Assembly: GCF_001194135.2 (NCBI RefSeq)
Contig: NC_068991.1
Location: forward strand, 60,915,880 to 60,979,879
Direction: 5' to 3'
From: Octopus bimaculoides
Taxonomy: Eukaryota
Length of the DNA stretch: 64,000 bases
Positions 62,570 through 64,000 of the stretch are shown one piece after another (position 1 is the first letter of the stretch; each line of letters opens with the position of its first letter). The notes under the pieces were generated by a model. The model had not been told where the DNA came from, searched no databases, and was given only the letters and a program-made list of their open reading frames with translations. The position numbers were made by a program, and so were the translations under genes.

Positions 62570-64000
62570 AAGTAAGCATGTGTATGTGCATGTCTTTGTG
62601 TTTGTTCCCTGCATCACTTGACAACCGGTGTTGGTTTGTTTACACCCCTGTAATGTAGCAGTATGGCAAAAAACTGATGGAAAGATTTTAAAAATAAGTA
62701 CATGGGTTAATTATAGTTCAACAAACCCTTTCAAGACAATGCCCCAGCATGGTTGCTGTCGAATGACTGAAACAAGTAAAATATGAAAGCTTAAAATAAT
62801 TCTGCTGTTCACCACCCTCATTATGCAAATCCAATACCTTGGTTTGTCATCTCATACAGAAAAGGAATGGGGGCAGCTGAAAGACTCAACCAGCCAATTT
62901 GTAGCTGTTTTGCTAATATCAGAATGACAAAAAGTGGTCCCTGATATCATTAGGACCCAATAACATCAGGATTAAATTGTTCCACATCCTAAAACAAATT
63001 AGTAATGTAATTTTGGCTACAGATATTAAAACATTACAATCTAACCACCCTCTCTTTCCCTATTATAAAGGAAATAAAAATTATGTTTCTTCATTTATTA
63101 TTTTGTAATTATATTTTTATCCTTCTATCGGCATTTAAAGTTTTTTATTAATTTCACTCCTGACTACATGATTCATTATAGTAATAAAATTATTAACAAA
63201 ATAAATAATAAATTAAAAGAAATCATACAAATTCTTACTGGAGTTTTATCAATGGAGAACATCTTATTTTACTCGACATAAAGCTCTGTATAATTTCTTT
63301 TCTTTAATTTTATATTTTAAAGCAAATTTTTTTATATCATTTATAATTTTTAATTAAGGTCAACTTCTGTAATTTGAACCCACACCAATAAATTACAAGT
63401 AATATACTACTGTCACAGAAGTAGGTACTGATCTTGGAAACGATAAGAGGTACTCATGAGTGTTTTAATCTATAACTTCATTATCTCTCCTGACTTGCCA
63501 TTTTAGAATTGTGAATTATTAACAACAAAGGGTTTATTTTTCTCTTTGGCTCTCAGAGTCTAGAAGCAGGAAGTGGGGGTATGATTGAACACAAGATTAA
63601 TATTATTAACAACTATAAAGAGAGTATTTAGCCCAACTATCAGATGTGACATTATAGTCGCCATTAAAAATAAGTTGGCCTTCATAGTACCGAAAAGAAA
63701 TGCATTAATAATTTAATAAGGAAGATAAGATGGCGACTGGCAGAATCAGCAGAGAACTCAACAAAATGCCTTGTTGTATTTATCTAGTTCTAAATTTAAA
63801 TCATTTCAGCTCAACTTTACATTTCATCCTTTGGGTGTTCATAAAATAAATATCTGAGGTAAATTTAATCAATGGTGCTCTCTCTAAACCCTTTTGTTAG
63901 AATATTTCTGCTGAAATACACCGTTTCAACATATTTTGAAAATAATGAAGAATTTACTGAAATAACTTTGTCCCTATTCAGCTGATATTTGGAGCATAGG

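Noticed and set aside
63100-63480. Possible mitochondrial insertion (very AT-rich)
   Set aside because: No recognisable mitochondrial protein motif was found in the frames I translated.

Overview
AT-rich, repeat-saturated eukaryotic DNA, almost certainly from an Octopus short-read scaffold. This is inferred from the tRNA-derived SINE families, the very dense (TA)n/(CA)n/(GA)n/(ATT)n/(ATC)n microsatellites and ten N-gaps, most of them flanked by microsatellites. I recognise no intact protein-coding gene, rRNA, functional tRNA or CRISPR array. The long ORFs in the track are microsatellite or N-run artefacts, minisatellite read-through, or decayed LINE ORF2. The window looks like a very large intron or intergenic tract. 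It holds dozens of SINE copies from about six families, RTE-like and CR1/L2-like LINE relics, several MITEs/foldbacks, and a few repeat-poor islands with candidate short exons that I could not assign to any protein. The most interesting items are: (1) a foldback at 14.1-14.5 kb built as tRNA-like head + (AAT)n + Penelope-like tail with a minimal hammerhead-ribozyme core, plus a second hammerhead relic of the same architecture at 30.05 kb; (2) a 182-bp, 181/182-identical tract shared by two old RTE relics 6.2 kb apart; (3) a spacerless perfect 58-bp palindrome; (4) a cluster of strong splice cassettes at 42.4-42.9 kb; (5) a 78-bp (2x39) higher-order minisatellite. Boundaries of decayed repeats were read by eye and are approximate (about +/-20 bp). 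Family labels A-E are my own.
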